Shown one piece after another: positions 8,799 through 17,817 of a DNA stretch of 64,000 bases. The notes under the pieces were generated by a model. That model was not told where the DNA came from and made no database searches. It worked only from the letters and a program-made list of their open reading frames with translations. This DNA is from a virus, in the IMG/VR virus record IMGVR_UViG_3300042197_001007, one strand, 5' to 3'. Position 1 is the stretch's first letter, and each line of letters starts with the position of its first letter. Both the position numbers and the translations under genes were made by a program.

Positions 8799-10438
8799 AT
8801 GTAACTGACTTGTTCTTGAGTATTACCATACTCCCATAGAGTTCCATCAGCATCAACGAATGTATTATCTCCCAATCCATCGTCAATAAATCCGAAAGGT
8901 GCCATGTCCTGTTCAATTTGATTTCTTTGTTCTTCATAGATACGACGACGAACATCTTGGTCTGTCATCTCTTTGAAGTATTCCTGCATGACCAACCACG
9001 CAAAAAGAACCAGACACATCACAAGGTCATCATGATATCCTTCGTCTGCTTCCCATGCCATCTTCTTCTGGATGAATGTAGTGAGCTCTTGTAGGATCTC
9101 AAAATCACCAAACATTAATTTATCTTCTTCAATAATTGCTTTGAGATTGGCGCAACCCAATTTCTTAACTGTCACACTCATCTTCACACCAAGTTGAGTT
9201 TTGGTTCCAGAGAAACCAGTTCCAACAATTTGCCCTGCCCTACCTCTCATGGCACACATCAGAACATTGGGATACTCTAAATCGTAGTTCAATGTAGCAG
9301 CAATACTATCACCAATATCGTTAACTTCTACTAAGATATATGGTAAATTGTATTCCTTCGCTACTTGTAAGATTACCGAGGGAAACAGTACAGGTTTAAT
9401 CTCATTATTTCTGTACTTTGCCACGATCTTATACGGCAATGTGGTGATATCAAACACGACAAAAGCACTGTAGTCGCCACCAATTCCTCTGGCAACATCA
9501 ACAGTAATAATGTATTCGTGATCTTTTTGTACTCTTTCGTGAATATCAAGTCCTGCATTGGATGTAATTGGGTCAGAAAATGGTATGTTTTGAAGCTTGG
9601 ATGGACTGATAAGCGTATCAGCAGAACCAAGGAAATCACATTCAAACTCTTGTGCGAACTGTCTGGCAGATGTATTCTTGAGTGTCTCTTCTTTCCATTT
9701 AGCATCTCTACCAGGAACTTGAGACCAATGAACCTCATTCATTACATAACCATTCTTTCCGTTCTTAGCATCCATCCACATCTTGTAGAAGTGGTTCATG
9801 CCATTCGGCGTTGAAATGATTATGACTTTTGTGCTCTTACCAGAAGTAATAGTAGGATAAACAGAGGCAAAGAATTGCTCCGCAACATGGTTTGGAACGA
9901 AAGCGAATTCGTCGAGGAACAAGATATTAAAAGACATGCCTCGGACAGCAGACGCAGATGTAGAAGATGCCAGAATTTTTGATCCATTTTCAAGTTCGAC
10001 ATTACCTTTGTTCCAAACAACTACACCGTGCTGCATCCACTTTGGTAAGTTCTCATAAGCAAGTTGAAGTCTGCTTAAGAGTTCCCTTGATGTGGAAGCC
10101 TTGTTAGCCAGAATGCCAATATTAACGCTATCAAAGAATATTGCGTAATAAAGCAGATAAGCAACAACCGTAGTGGATTTTCCGGTTTGTCTTGGGAGTT
10201 TTGCGATGCTAAATCTGTTTTTATGGAAGTCTCTTAAAATCTTCTTTTGAAAATCATACATCTCAAATGGCACCAAGCCTTCATCAAGAGAGATAATCTT
10301 AATATAGTTCTCAGCAAAATAGACTGGATCATTTTTACACTTGATCCATTCATTGATTTGTTTCTTGGTGAAGTTAATGGGAGTTCCTACTTTCTTTAAG
10401 TTAGGATTACCCAAATAGACATCATTACCAGCTGCCAC
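8786..10438 (-). CDS. gp17: terminase large subunit
   Basis: Walker A PRQTGKST, Walker B LFLDEFAF, ISTPNG, nuclease DVARG and HDDLVM motifs; no intein-size insertion. Confidence 0.98.
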   Translation of the reverse strand: MAAGNDVYLGNPNLKKVGTPINFTKKQINEWIKCKNDPVYFAENYIKIISLDEGLVPFEMYDFQKKILRDFHKNRFSIAKLPRQTGKSTTVVAYLLYYAIFFDSVNIGILANKASTSRELLSRLQLAYENLPKWMQHGVVVWNKGNVELENGSKILASSTSASAVRGMSFNILFLDEFAFVPNHVAEQFFASVYPTITSGKSTKVIIISTPNGMNHFYKMWMDAKNGKNGYVMNEVHWSQVPGRDAKWKEETLKNTSARQFAQEFECDFLGSADTLISPSKLQNIPFSDPITSNAGLDIHERVQKDHEYIITVDVARGIGGDYSAFVVFDITTLPYKIVAKYRNNEIKPVLFPSVILQVAKEYNLPYILVEVNDIGDSIAATLNYDLEYPNVLMCAMRGRAGQIVGTGFSGTKTQLGVKMSVTVKKLGCANLKAIIEEDKLMFGDFEILQELTTFIQKKMAWEADEGYHDDLVMCLVLFAWLVMQEYFKEMTDQDVRRRIYEEQRNQIEQDMAPFGFIDDGLGDNTFVDADGTLWEYGNTQEQVSYMWNY

Positions 10439-10464
10439 AATAAATCACAGTCACTACTTGATAT

Positions 10465-10677
10465 TTATGGATGGTCTTCGTCAAGTTCCTTCAATCTCTT
10501 CTCCCATGTAACGCCACCTTCTTTACCACGGCAGGGATTAATACAAGTATCATCACCAAGTTTATTACATACTAACCCCGCCAGGTCAAGTTCGTTGCCT
10601 GGCTTGTTTGTTCCCGTCCAGTAGTGCTGATCATTGATCCAATTAGCACCACACTTAGGGCAGGTCTTCGTGTTCAT
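10465..10677 (-). CDS. Cys-rich hypothetical protein
   Basis: CPKCGANW...ELDLAGLVCN; overlaps upstream ORF end. Confidence 0.75.
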   Translation of the reverse strand: MNTKTCPKCGANWINDQHYWTGTNKPGNELDLAGLVCNKLGDDTCINPCRGKEGGVTWEKRLKELDEDHP

Positions 10678-10885
10678 TTTCGTAATTTGCGAGGAACTTT
10701 TTGAAATCGGTTGTGTCTCTCACAAGTTGCCTCTTGAGTTTCCAACCCATCCATCTCATCTGAACTCTTACAAACGCATAGCGTAGTTGAAGATCAGCAT
10801 AAGCAAAGAGTTTCATAGTTTCCTCAATCCCAGCATATGCTACCAGGATCGCAAAAAACACAACAATGAAATAAGTCCCGTACAT
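10655..10885 (-). CDS. hypothetical membrane-anchored protein
   Basis: N-terminal hydrophobic helix; host-type TATAAT at 10907-10912 upstream. Confidence 0.75.
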   Translation of the reverse strand: MYGTYFIVVFFAILVAYAGIEETMKLFAYADLQLRYAFVRVQMRWMGWKLKRQLVRDTTDFKKFLANYENEHEDLP

Positions 10886-10906
10886 ATGTAACTCTCTGCT
10901 ACATTC

Positions 10907-10951
10907 ATTATAAGATATGTAGGAAAAAATAGTGTTACAATATGTTAAGAT
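10907..10951 (-). promoter_or_regulatory. host sigma70-type -10 (TATAAT) with HLR1-like direct repeat GTTACAAT-AT-GTTAAGAT upstream
   Basis: TATAAT at 10907-10912 (minus); repeat at 10934-10951 (plus) fits (G/T)TTACA(T/A)(T/A)-N2 consensus with 0 and 2 mismatches. Confidence 0.5.
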
Positions 10952-10981
10952 TTAATAAGAATAACTTTACACTTGTATAAA

Positions 10982-11104
10982 TTATTCTTCCTCTTTTTTT
11001 CTATGGATGTATTGAATACCAAGAATAGGAACTACGATAACTCCAAATCCGCATAATCCTAACCAGATTTGACTTTCTGCTAAATGTTCAATGAGGGTAA
11101 GCAT
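10982..11104 (-). CDS. 40-aa single-TM micro-protein (MLTLIEHLAESQIWLGLCGFGVIVVPILGIQYIHRKKEEE)
   Basis: Manual translation; overlaps upstream ORF; TM helix plus charged tail. Confidence 0.6.
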   Translation of the reverse strand: MLTLIEHLAESQIWLGLCGFGVIVVPILGIQYIHRKKEEE

Positions 11105-11177
11105 TTGTAAGTCCCCAGTAAATGAAAAATGCTATAGCGGAAAAAAGCACTATAGCATTGAAGATTGTATTATTCAT
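11088..11177 (-). CDS. 29-aa single-TM micro-protein (MNNTIFNAIVLFSAIAFFIYWGLTNAYPH)
   Basis: Manual translation; start overlaps the stop of the 52-aa ORF. Confidence 0.55.
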   Translation of the reverse strand: MNNTIFNAIVLFSAIAFFIYWGLTNAYPH

Positions 11178-11328
11178 CGTTTGTGGAATATTGTTCCAAA
11201 TATGTTTTGAGTTTCCCTACAAGTTCATTGTATTCATCCCAAATATACTCAGATCCTGTACTATCTTTATAAAGTTCGCAGGCAAGAATAAGCCTCACTA
11301 CATCTTCTTCTTTCAGTCTCATTTTCAT
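11170..11328 (-). CDS. 52-aa hypothetical protein (MKMRLKEEDVVRLILACELYKDSTGSEYIWDEY...)
   Basis: Manual translation; resembles small proteins recalled from other cyanomyoviruses. Confidence 0.65.
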   Translation of the reverse strand: MKMRLKEEDVVRLILACELYKDSTGSEYIWDEYNELVGKLKTYLEQYSTNDE

Positions 11329-11382
11329 TTGAGAGATCTCAAAACTAATTATAATAATTTAAATTTTATCGGCGGGTGTTTG

Positions 11383-11814
11383 TCAGCAATTCCACGCACG
11401 AAGCGATTTGTTGATCCTGCTATCTGGATCTCTGGCAGTTTTCTTACTGGTGAGCTTTGATTTCATGCCCTTCATTCTGGCACAAAATGACGCCCTGCGG
11501 GGATTTCCAACTTTCTTTGAAGGTGCCTTAAGGTCGCTTCCAGGATTAGCTCTTTCATATGACTTTCTACCTTTCTCGTTGAGACCACCATTCTTGTTTT
11601 GACCCTCCTTTCGTGTCCAAGCAGCTTCGTCTAATTCTACCTCTTCTTTCTTGACTGACTTGATGGGAACAGCAAAACGATCCCATGCTTTCTCTCCATA
11701 GGAACATTCACTTCTGGTCTCTGGTTTTTGACAGAGCTTACAGAAACGCTTTTCTTCTTGCTCTTTTTTCTTTGCTTCTTCAGCAAGATGTTTGATTTCT
11801 TTAAAGTTTTTCAT
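11383..11814 (-). CDS. basic hypothetical protein (DUF6321-like C-terminus)
   Basis: AAWTRKEGQNKNGGLNEKGRKSYE...RRASFCARMKG; TAATG coupling puts the start at 11814. Confidence 0.75.
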   Translation of the reverse strand: MKNFKEIKHLAEEAKKKEQEEKRFCKLCQKPETRSECSYGEKAWDRFAVPIKSVKKEEVELDEAAWTRKEGQNKNGGLNEKGRKSYERANPGSDLKAPSKKVGNPRRASFCARMKGMKSKLTSKKTARDPDSRINKSLRAWNC

Positions 11815-13205
11815 TAGTAAATCTCCCTCCATTGGATAGTAGCGGCAGCATTAGCAGTAGCATTACTAGCAGTACTAATAGTTTTTACAGCAATAACAAA
11901 CACTTCGGAATTTGTCGAGTCTAAATTCTGAACGATAATATTTTTCTTCGCCGTCGTTAGACCACCAGATGCCACTGGAGTTAGTGAGTTTGGTGATGCT
12001 CCAGCAGTTACGATGCCAGCAGCAAATACATCAACACTTCCAGTAATTGCTTCAGCATTTACACAATATTGAACACCACTATCATCATCAGCATCGGTCC
12101 AAGTCAAAGTGCCACCATTTAAAGATGTAGTTAATTGACTGGCATTTGATAGTTTGATTAACTCATAATAGCAATCACCAGATTGAGCAAAAATACCAAT
12201 CGTGTTTGGTCTTACACTAATTCTATTTGGATAACCTTTGAAATCATTTTTCAGACGAATTGCCATTAGAGGAAATCTTGTTCCCCCAGGAGCAATACTT
12301 GTTCTGATTGCTGGAGAAGTAACCGCCCAGTCAATACCACTTTCAACATATCCACCTTCAGACATTACTGTAGAACAAATCTGATCCATAGATCCACCAG
12401 TAGTTGTTCCAGTATTTCTAATCTCGCATCTTACTGGGAGATTGGGATTTGACATATAAACTTCTGATAGTTCGTTGGAGCAGTAGTATTCATGTGCTAA
12501 AACAATCTGACCATCATGAACAAATCCACAGCGAATTCTACCAACTCCAAGCCACTGGAAGTCAATATAAACTAGTTGAGTTTTTGAAGTATTGATATTG
12601 AACTTGGAAGGACCAGTTCCATCACAAGGATCAATATTCCATTCTGATTGAGGAACTCTTCTCTTGTAATTTCCTACTGTTGCTTCACTAGCACTACCGA
12701 TAGTATAAGAACGAACTACAAAATTGAGTGTGCCGTTGTTTGTTCCGTTAGCAGTAGCACCACCAACTTGCTCGAAGTAAATGCCATCTCTATCATCAAA
12801 GTATCCAGTTCTCTTGGTTACATTCTGCTGGGCGTAACCAAAGCACACAGAACTGAAGATAACTTGTGATTTGCCTGGTTGGTAATGATGATAGAACTTT
12901 GTTTGATGGACAGCACTAGAAGCAGTATTGGATGTTGTAGTCATCGTGGCAGCTGCTTTGTTGGTGGTAAATTGAATATCACCGCCATTTGCTTTTACAT
13001 CAAGAAAGTTTGGGTCAATCGCATAGATGTGCTTATAGTCACCAAGAGTAAATGTCTCGGCAACTCTCAAACGACCAAAGGCATCAGTAGCAGTTGCTCC
13101 AGTTCCAGCAGTAAGTTTGCCGAAGTTATCGGCAATCATAACTACTTCAAAGTTTGTTTTTTCCTGCGGTAGGAAATCTTCGTAGTGTTTACTATACTGT
13201 GCCAT
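11814..13205 (-). CDS. probable virion structural protein, beta-sandwich rich
   Basis: 463 aa; TDAFGRLRV, YQPGKSQ, IDFQWLGVGRIRCGF motifs typical of phage structural proteins. Confidence 0.6.
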   Translation of the reverse strand: MAQYSKHYEDFLPQEKTNFEVVMIADNFGKLTAGTGATATDAFGRLRVAETFTLGDYKHIYAIDPNFLDVKANGGDIQFTTNKAAATMTTTSNTASSAVHQTKFYHHYQPGKSQVIFSSVCFGYAQQNVTKRTGYFDDRDGIYFEQVGGATANGTNNGTLNFVVRSYTIGSASEATVGNYKRRVPQSEWNIDPCDGTGPSKFNINTSKTQLVYIDFQWLGVGRIRCGFVHDGQIVLAHEYYCSNELSEVYMSNPNLPVRCEIRNTGTTTGGSMDQICSTVMSEGGYVESGIDWAVTSPAIRTSIAPGGTRFPLMAIRLKNDFKGYPNRISVRPNTIGIFAQSGDCYYELIKLSNASQLTTSLNGGTLTWTDADDDSGVQYCVNAEAITGSVDVFAAGIVTAGASPNSLTPVASGGLTTAKKNIIVQNLDSTNSEVFVIAVKTISTASNATANAAATIQWREIY

Positions 13206-13483
13206 TATGCTAATACTGCGGTATTGGTTTCATCATAACGTTGATAATCAGCAGGAGTTCTAACAGTATTATCGTAGTTCCTTGCTTGAAATGTGCCGGG
13301 TGTTCTCACCGTATTATCATAATTTCTGGCAACATAATCACCGTTGAAATCTTTGTATTGAAATGCCGTCCAACCCTCGGTACTATTGAATACATCAATA
13401 GTAGTTGAAGCAGGTTGTGTTACTAATGGATCACAATTTATGTCATTTCTGACATAGTTTGTATTAGTTGTTGGAACCGACAT
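13205..13483 (-). CDS. 92-aa protein with tandem ARNYDNTVRTP repeat
   Basis: Two identical 11-aa cores 16 aa apart. Confidence 0.7.
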   Translation of the reverse strand: MSVPTTNTNYVRNDINCDPLVTQPASTTIDVFNSTEGWTAFQYKDFNGDYVARNYDNTVRTPGTFQARNYDNTVRTPADYQRYDETNTAVLA

Positions 13484-13501
13484 TTTCCGACCACATATAT
13501 T

Positions 13502-13711
13502 TTATTTATTTCTATGAAATCCTTCCGGTTCTGTCGCATGGATCCAATCTTTTAATGATCTAACGTAGTCTCTTAATTTTTCTGCTTGAATTTCGTGAAA
13601 CCTATCGCCGGTTTCTATGTAAATTTGTGTGTGGAGATCTGCGCCATCTAAACACCTCTTAATGATAGGGTTCCACGGTTCCCTAAACGAGGTATTCCAT
13701 TCGCGTGGCAT
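13502..13711 (-). CDS. hypothetical protein
   Basis: MPREWNTSFREPWN; late promoter ATAAATA at 13738-13744 upstream. Confidence 0.7.
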   Translation of the reverse strand: MPREWNTSFREPWNPIIKRCLDGADLHTQIYIETGDRFHEIQAEKLRDYVRSLKDWIHATEPEGFHRNK

Positions 13712-13740
13712 ATAAAGTTGTCACAACGGTAACAACTTAT

Positions 13741-14154
13741 TTATCTTTTGTTGCCACCCATCTGTTTGAGCATCTTCTGTAGCTCTGTGGTGCTGCCAAC
13801 AAACATCGCATTGTTTGTAACATTTGTGACCTTCTTGTTCTCCGCATCAAGATCTTTCATTTTCTTCTGAAGATCTACAAGCTTGTCAGTCATGTCTGCT
13901 ACCTGCTTCATGGCGTTCACAGCGACTTCATACGCTCTTGGGTGCCCACTCTCCTGTGCGACCTCTAAAGCGCCTTGTACCGCCTCCTGACCCTTGCTGA
14001 TGAGGTTGTATAATTCTCCTCTCGTATATTCATAATCTTTTAATCTATCTTGAAGAGGATCAATGCTTTCAACGACCTCTTTTTTTGGCAAGCATTCAAC
14101 ATCCTGAACTTCAATGTTCAGAATGTTTTCCATGTTTTTTTCTAAGTCTTCCAT
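13741..14154 (-). CDS. gp16: terminase small subunit
   Basis: DYEYTRGELYNL, HPRAYEV, TNNAMFVGSTTELQK. Confidence 0.92.
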   Translation of the reverse strand: MEDLEKNMENILNIEVQDVECLPKKEVVESIDPLQDRLKDYEYTRGELYNLISKGQEAVQGALEVAQESGHPRAYEVAVNAMKQVADMTDKLVDLQKKMKDLDAENKKVTNVTNNAMFVGSTTELQKMLKQMGGNKR

Positions 14155-14156
14155 AA

Positions 14157-14960
14157 TTAATAGATCGTAATACCTTCATTAAATCCAAAATCATCATCAG
14201 CAGTTACAATTGCTGTATCAGCCGCATCTACATCATTATCACCATCAAGGTCTGTAGTGGCAACAGGAGTATATGTTCTGGTAATTGCTCTTCTGTTGAC
14301 AGCAGCATCACCAACGGTCTCGTGAATGATTGCCTGCCTGATGATGTCAGAAGTGCTGTATGGACCATAGAAGTATGTTCTGGCAGTAAATCTTAAAGTG
14401 TAGACAATAAATCTACGCTGCATGTAGTCATCTTCCCACTCATCTTCATACGAGATATCATTTAATACGATGGCAACATCTTTCTTTTCATTCATATCTG
14501 GGATCATATTCAACGTCACAGAAAATGATGGTTGGAAATATGGAATGATTTGTTCAACAATTTGTAGCGCATCATCTTGTGACTTTGCGATGATACCAAG
14601 ATCAAAGTTCATGTTATAAGGAACAGGAACATACTGAACTCTGACTTCATCACCATCATTGTTGATGACTGTCTTATACTTTTGAATTGGAGATGTTTTA
14701 CGGGAAGCATCATATTCAATGCCAGTCATCTCAAAATATAAACGTGGCAATGTGATCGCTACCTTTCTGCCAACCTCTGGATTTTGTTCTAAGCGAGCAA
14801 GAAACTTTTGCTTTGGACCATAAGCCAAAGGAACTTTCTCTTCCTCTAATACATCACCGTTTGCTGGATTTTTCTTTCTCAGTGTGATGTTGTTAAAAAG
14901 AGTTCCAAACGCAATGATGTTCTTGCGCGTGATTTCGTTGTAAAAATGAGATCCTAACAT
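14157..14960 (-). CDS. gp15: tail sheath terminator/stabilizer
   Basis: FYNEITRKNIIAFGTLFN, VPLAYGPKQKF, VPVPYN, QIVEQIIPYFQP. Confidence 0.93.
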   Translation of the reverse strand: MLGSHFYNEITRKNIIAFGTLFNNITLRKKNPANGDVLEEEKVPLAYGPKQKFLARLEQNPEVGRKVAITLPRLYFEMTGIEYDASRKTSPIQKYKTVINNDGDEVRVQYVPVPYNMNFDLGIIAKSQDDALQIVEQIIPYFQPSFSVTLNMIPDMNEKKDVAIVLNDISYEDEWEDDYMQRRFIVYTLRFTARTYFYGPYSTSDIIRQAIIHETVGDAAVNRRAITRTYTPVATTDLDGDNDVDAADTAIVTADDDFGFNEGITIY

Positions 14961-15844
14961 CAGATGCTACCTGTATAATTTCCAAATTCACCAAATGGAT
15001 TTTTTTCAGTCCAATTTATGATATTATCAGCTTCGTCTTCAATTTCTCTATTTTGATCGTATTCGCTGTTTGTATTATTTAGAGTGTCAAATGATCCAAG
15101 AACCCATACAGCATTACTATCATCGCCAGTAATTGTTTCAGTCGCTACAAAAGTTCCTGTTCGATTGATGACCTGAAGAGTTCTGGTAGCAGCAGTCCAA
15201 GACTTAACTGTAGCTTCTGTATTGCTTGTTCCGCCAGTGACCAACTCACCCACAGTAAATGTTCCAGTACCACCTGTATTCATTACCAACGATATCGCAG
15301 AACTGAATAGTGTTTCTATCTCATCAATATCAGCAATACCGGTATCAATGAGATCATTTCCAACCTCATAGATCTCAGCAGTTATAATCAGAAACTGAAT
15401 TTTACCAAACTGATAGAATGGAGTTTCTCTTTCTACAAATTTGATTTCGTAGATATCCTTTGTGAGAGGGAAATACAAAAGATCTCCTTCGTTTGGTCTT
15501 CCAGGAACAGTGAGCGTTGGAGTGTATTGTGCTTCCGCCTGGTCCCATCTTCTGGAAGAAACAATAAATTTTACTTCATCAGTAATACGAATGCCAAACT
15601 TACTGATGAATTCTGATTGAGCACCAAAACCTTCTACATTCTGTAGAAGCATCTCTACTTGAAATTGATCTTGATACTTAGAATAGATAACATCATCAAG
15701 TGTGTTATCTCTAAGAATAGTCCTCGGTAGATAATAGATATCTGTTCCGAACAGCTTGATCTGTTCGTCAGCAAGATCCTGTGCCAGGTTCTGTTCTCCT
15801 GGGTGACCTTGATAGTAGGTAGGAAAATAAGGACTGGTAGGCAT
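14960..15844 (-). CDS. gp14: neck protein
   Basis: EQIKLFGTDIYYLPR, SKFGIRITDEV, RPNEGDLLYFP, NPFG. Confidence 0.93.
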   Translation of the reverse strand: MPTSPYFPTYYQGHPGEQNLAQDLADEQIKLFGTDIYYLPRTILRDNTLDDVIYSKYQDQFQVEMLLQNVEGFGAQSEFISKFGIRITDEVKFIVSSRRWDQAEAQYTPTLTVPGRPNEGDLLYFPLTKDIYEIKFVERETPFYQFGKIQFLIITAEIYEVGNDLIDTGIADIDEIETLFSSAISLVMNTGGTGTFTVGELVTGGTSNTEATVKSWTAATRTLQVINRTGTFVATETITGDDSNAVWVLGSFDTLNNTNSEYDQNREIEDEADNIINWTEKNPFGEFGNYTGSI

Positions 15845-15845
15845 C

Positions 15846-16646
15846 TTATCCGATCATATCCATAGGTGGTTCGGCATACTTACTGAGGACTTCACTCTCT
15901 ATCTTTTCAATTTCACCAATCGCATCCTCATACAACTGCCTACCATTTAATGTTAATCCACCAGGCAATTGAACATTATTGTATTTGATGAGGTTCTGCC
16001 CCCACTGCTTTTTCATAAGGGCAGTGGCATAACGCTTCACAAACATATCATTGTACATTTCAGTAGCATCATTTGGATTGACAAGACGGTGTGCTTCAAT
16101 CAACAACCACTGACCTTCTTGTAGAAAATCCTTATCCACATCAAGATACAAACGATCACGACGCATCGTGTATCTAAACTGTTGAAATGATCCATTGTTC
16201 AAAACCATATCCAGAGTTTCCAGATATTGTTTTGTCATATAATAATTCAGAATGTCAAGTGATCCAAAAGCATAGAGGTCATTAAGGAAGATCTGATATT
16301 CAATACCAAATAAATTACTGCGAATGCTATTTCCAACCACTCCAAACACTCTGCTAACACCCACGACATGATCTGGAATTGGAATATAATTTGTTGCCTC
16401 TTCCCAATTTGTAGTTCCATTCGTGGTTGTAACTTCACCTTCCAATCTTGTCTTATCATCAGCATTAATTTCGTGTCTTAGGTAGCAACGCTCCATACCG
16501 TTATAGCAGTTCTCTTGGAAGAACTGAATAGTATCATCAATAACGTTACTGACCTGCTCATCATCAATGTTAATCTGAAGGACAGGTTCACCAAGCTGCC
16601 TCTTACAGTATGTGATGAGTTCGGATCGTGAGCTTGGTTTTGCCAT
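15846..16646 (-). CDS. gp13: neck protein (likely start MAKPSS at 16646)
   Basis: YCKRQLGEPVLQIN, KKQWGQNLIKYNNVQLPGGLTLNG. Confidence 0.94.
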   Translation of the reverse strand: MAKPSSRSELITYCKRQLGEPVLQINIDDEQVSNVIDDTIQFFQENCYNGMERCYLRHEINADDKTRLEGEVTTTNGTTNWEEATNYIPIPDHVVGVSRVFGVVGNSIRSNLFGIEYQIFLNDLYAFGSLDILNYYMTKQYLETLDMVLNNGSFQQFRYTMRRDRLYLDVDKDFLQEGQWLLIEAHRLVNPNDATEMYNDMFVKRYATALMKKQWGQNLIKYNNVQLPGGLTLNGRQLYEDAIGEIEKIESEVLSKYAEPPMDMIG

Positions 16647-16650
16647 TAGA

Positions 16651-16691
16651 CACAAAAAATCCCTTCATACCTATTTAGTAAGAAGGGATTT
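16651..16691 (-). terminator. terminator hairpin whose loop holds the gp13 late promoter
   Basis: AAATCCCTTC...GAAGGGATTT stem plus T-run; inner TAC/GTA pairs; 7-nt loop TAAATAG. Confidence 0.8.
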
Positions 16692-16694
16692 AAT

Positions 16695-17219
16695 CTAAAT
16701 GTAGTTTGTATTTATTAAAACTCTTGATTTATTTTTTGATGGAGAATGACCAGTATGAGGTATATCACCAGAAAAAACTAATAATCTATTTTCTACTGGT
16801 TCGACTTCTTGTAATACATTATCATTCAAATCATATAATAATGTATTACCATCACTATCATTTAAATAAAAAATAGTGGTAATATTATCAATTTCTTTTG
16901 GCAAATCTATATGAATTTCGTGTCTATATTTATTTGGATTATAAACAGTCATATCAATCCTAGATCTTAAAATTTGATTTTTATTCGTTTTTTCTTGTAT
17001 TTGATATAAAAGACCTTTTAACAAAGTAGCGGGATAAGTATTTTGGAAATTTCCATGATCGCAAATTCCGATACTAAATCCAAAAGATTGAATATTTTCT
17101 TCAGTATTTCCATACGTCATTGATGGCATATACGTCCACTGAGCATTTCCACCAATAAAATAATTTTGAATATCTCTCAGATAATTTTTTGATATTAAAT
17201 TGTCATATACTTCAATCAT
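16695..17219 (-). CDS. 2OG-Fe(II) oxygenase superfamily protein
   Basis: H-x-D (HID), TTIFYLNDSDGNT, distal His (IPHTG), Arg (SRVLIN). Confidence 0.85.
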   Translation of the reverse strand: MIEVYDNLISKNYLRDIQNYFIGGNAQWTYMPSMTYGNTEENIQSFGFSIGICDHGNFQNTYPATLLKGLLYQIQEKTNKNQILRSRIDMTVYNPNKYRHEIHIDLPKEIDNITTIFYLNDSDGNTLLYDLNDNVLQEVEPVENRLLVFSGDIPHTGHSPSKNKSRVLINTNYI

Positions 17220-17407
17220 TACGAAGGTTCAGAGGCAGTTTCTTCTTCTGCTGCTGGTTCTTCTAGGAGACTTAGAGTTTCTAGACCACCTTGTAACTTA
17301 AGCTTGTATTCTTTTGCTTTAGTGAGGTTTTCTTCTAGTTCAGCAATTTGCTTATCAGTAGTAGCAATTTGCTCTTCGAAATTTTTCTTTAGTGCTGCGG
17401 GATCCAT
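17219..17407 (-). CDS. small coiled-coil protein (possible fibre chaperone)
   Basis: Heptad pattern LKKNFEEQIATTDKQIAELEENL; late promoter at 17436-17442. Confidence 0.7.
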   Translation of the reverse strand: MDPAALKKNFEEQIATTDKQIAELEENLTKAKEYKLKLQGGLETLSLLEEPAAEEETASEPS

Positions 17408-17448
17408 AGTTATCACAAGTAATGGTGTGTACGATTATTTATTATACC

Positions 17449-17817
17449 TCAATTTGGATGATGTAATGCTATAGCATTTTTAATATAATTCAAAGATCTG
17501 ATTTTAAAAATCGTATCCTCATCTTCCCCACCATAAACAATATCTTCTGTTGTTGTATATTCTTCCAAATCAATTTCTTTGTTATGTAATTTGTTGGCAA
17601 TTTCTAAAAATATTGCTGCTTTTTCGGAAACAAATTCATTCTCTTGATTGACTAGTTTTTCGATATTTTGTATGTATTTTACATATGTTTTTACAGCACC
17701 ATTACGACGACTTACAATTTCGTTATATTCATCCTCTGTAATATCAATATTATACTTACCTTTTCTGTAATTAATAATTAAATTAAATTCTTCTTCTGTG
17801 AGATCTATATTAATCAT
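17449..17817 (-). CDS. AT-rich hypothetical protein with internal N-terminal repeat
   Basis: NIDLTEEEFNLII / NIDITEDEYNEIV; start overlaps upstream stop. Confidence 0.65.
   Translation of the reverse strand: MINIDLTEEEFNLIINYRKGKYNIDITEDEYNEIVSRRNGAVKTYVKYIQNIEKLVNQENEFVSEKAAIFLEIANKLHNKEIDLEEYTTTEDIVYGGEDEDTIFKIRSLNYIKNAIALHHPN

Noticed and set aside
8786-10438. Intein or intron in terminase, portal or other core genes
   Set aside because: Lengths are typical and motifs are contiguous
10886-10902. NtcA-like site TGTAGCAGAGAGTTACA upstream of the 76-aa gene
   Set aside because: Spacing is GTA-N9-TAC, not the canonical N8, and it lies downstream of the -10
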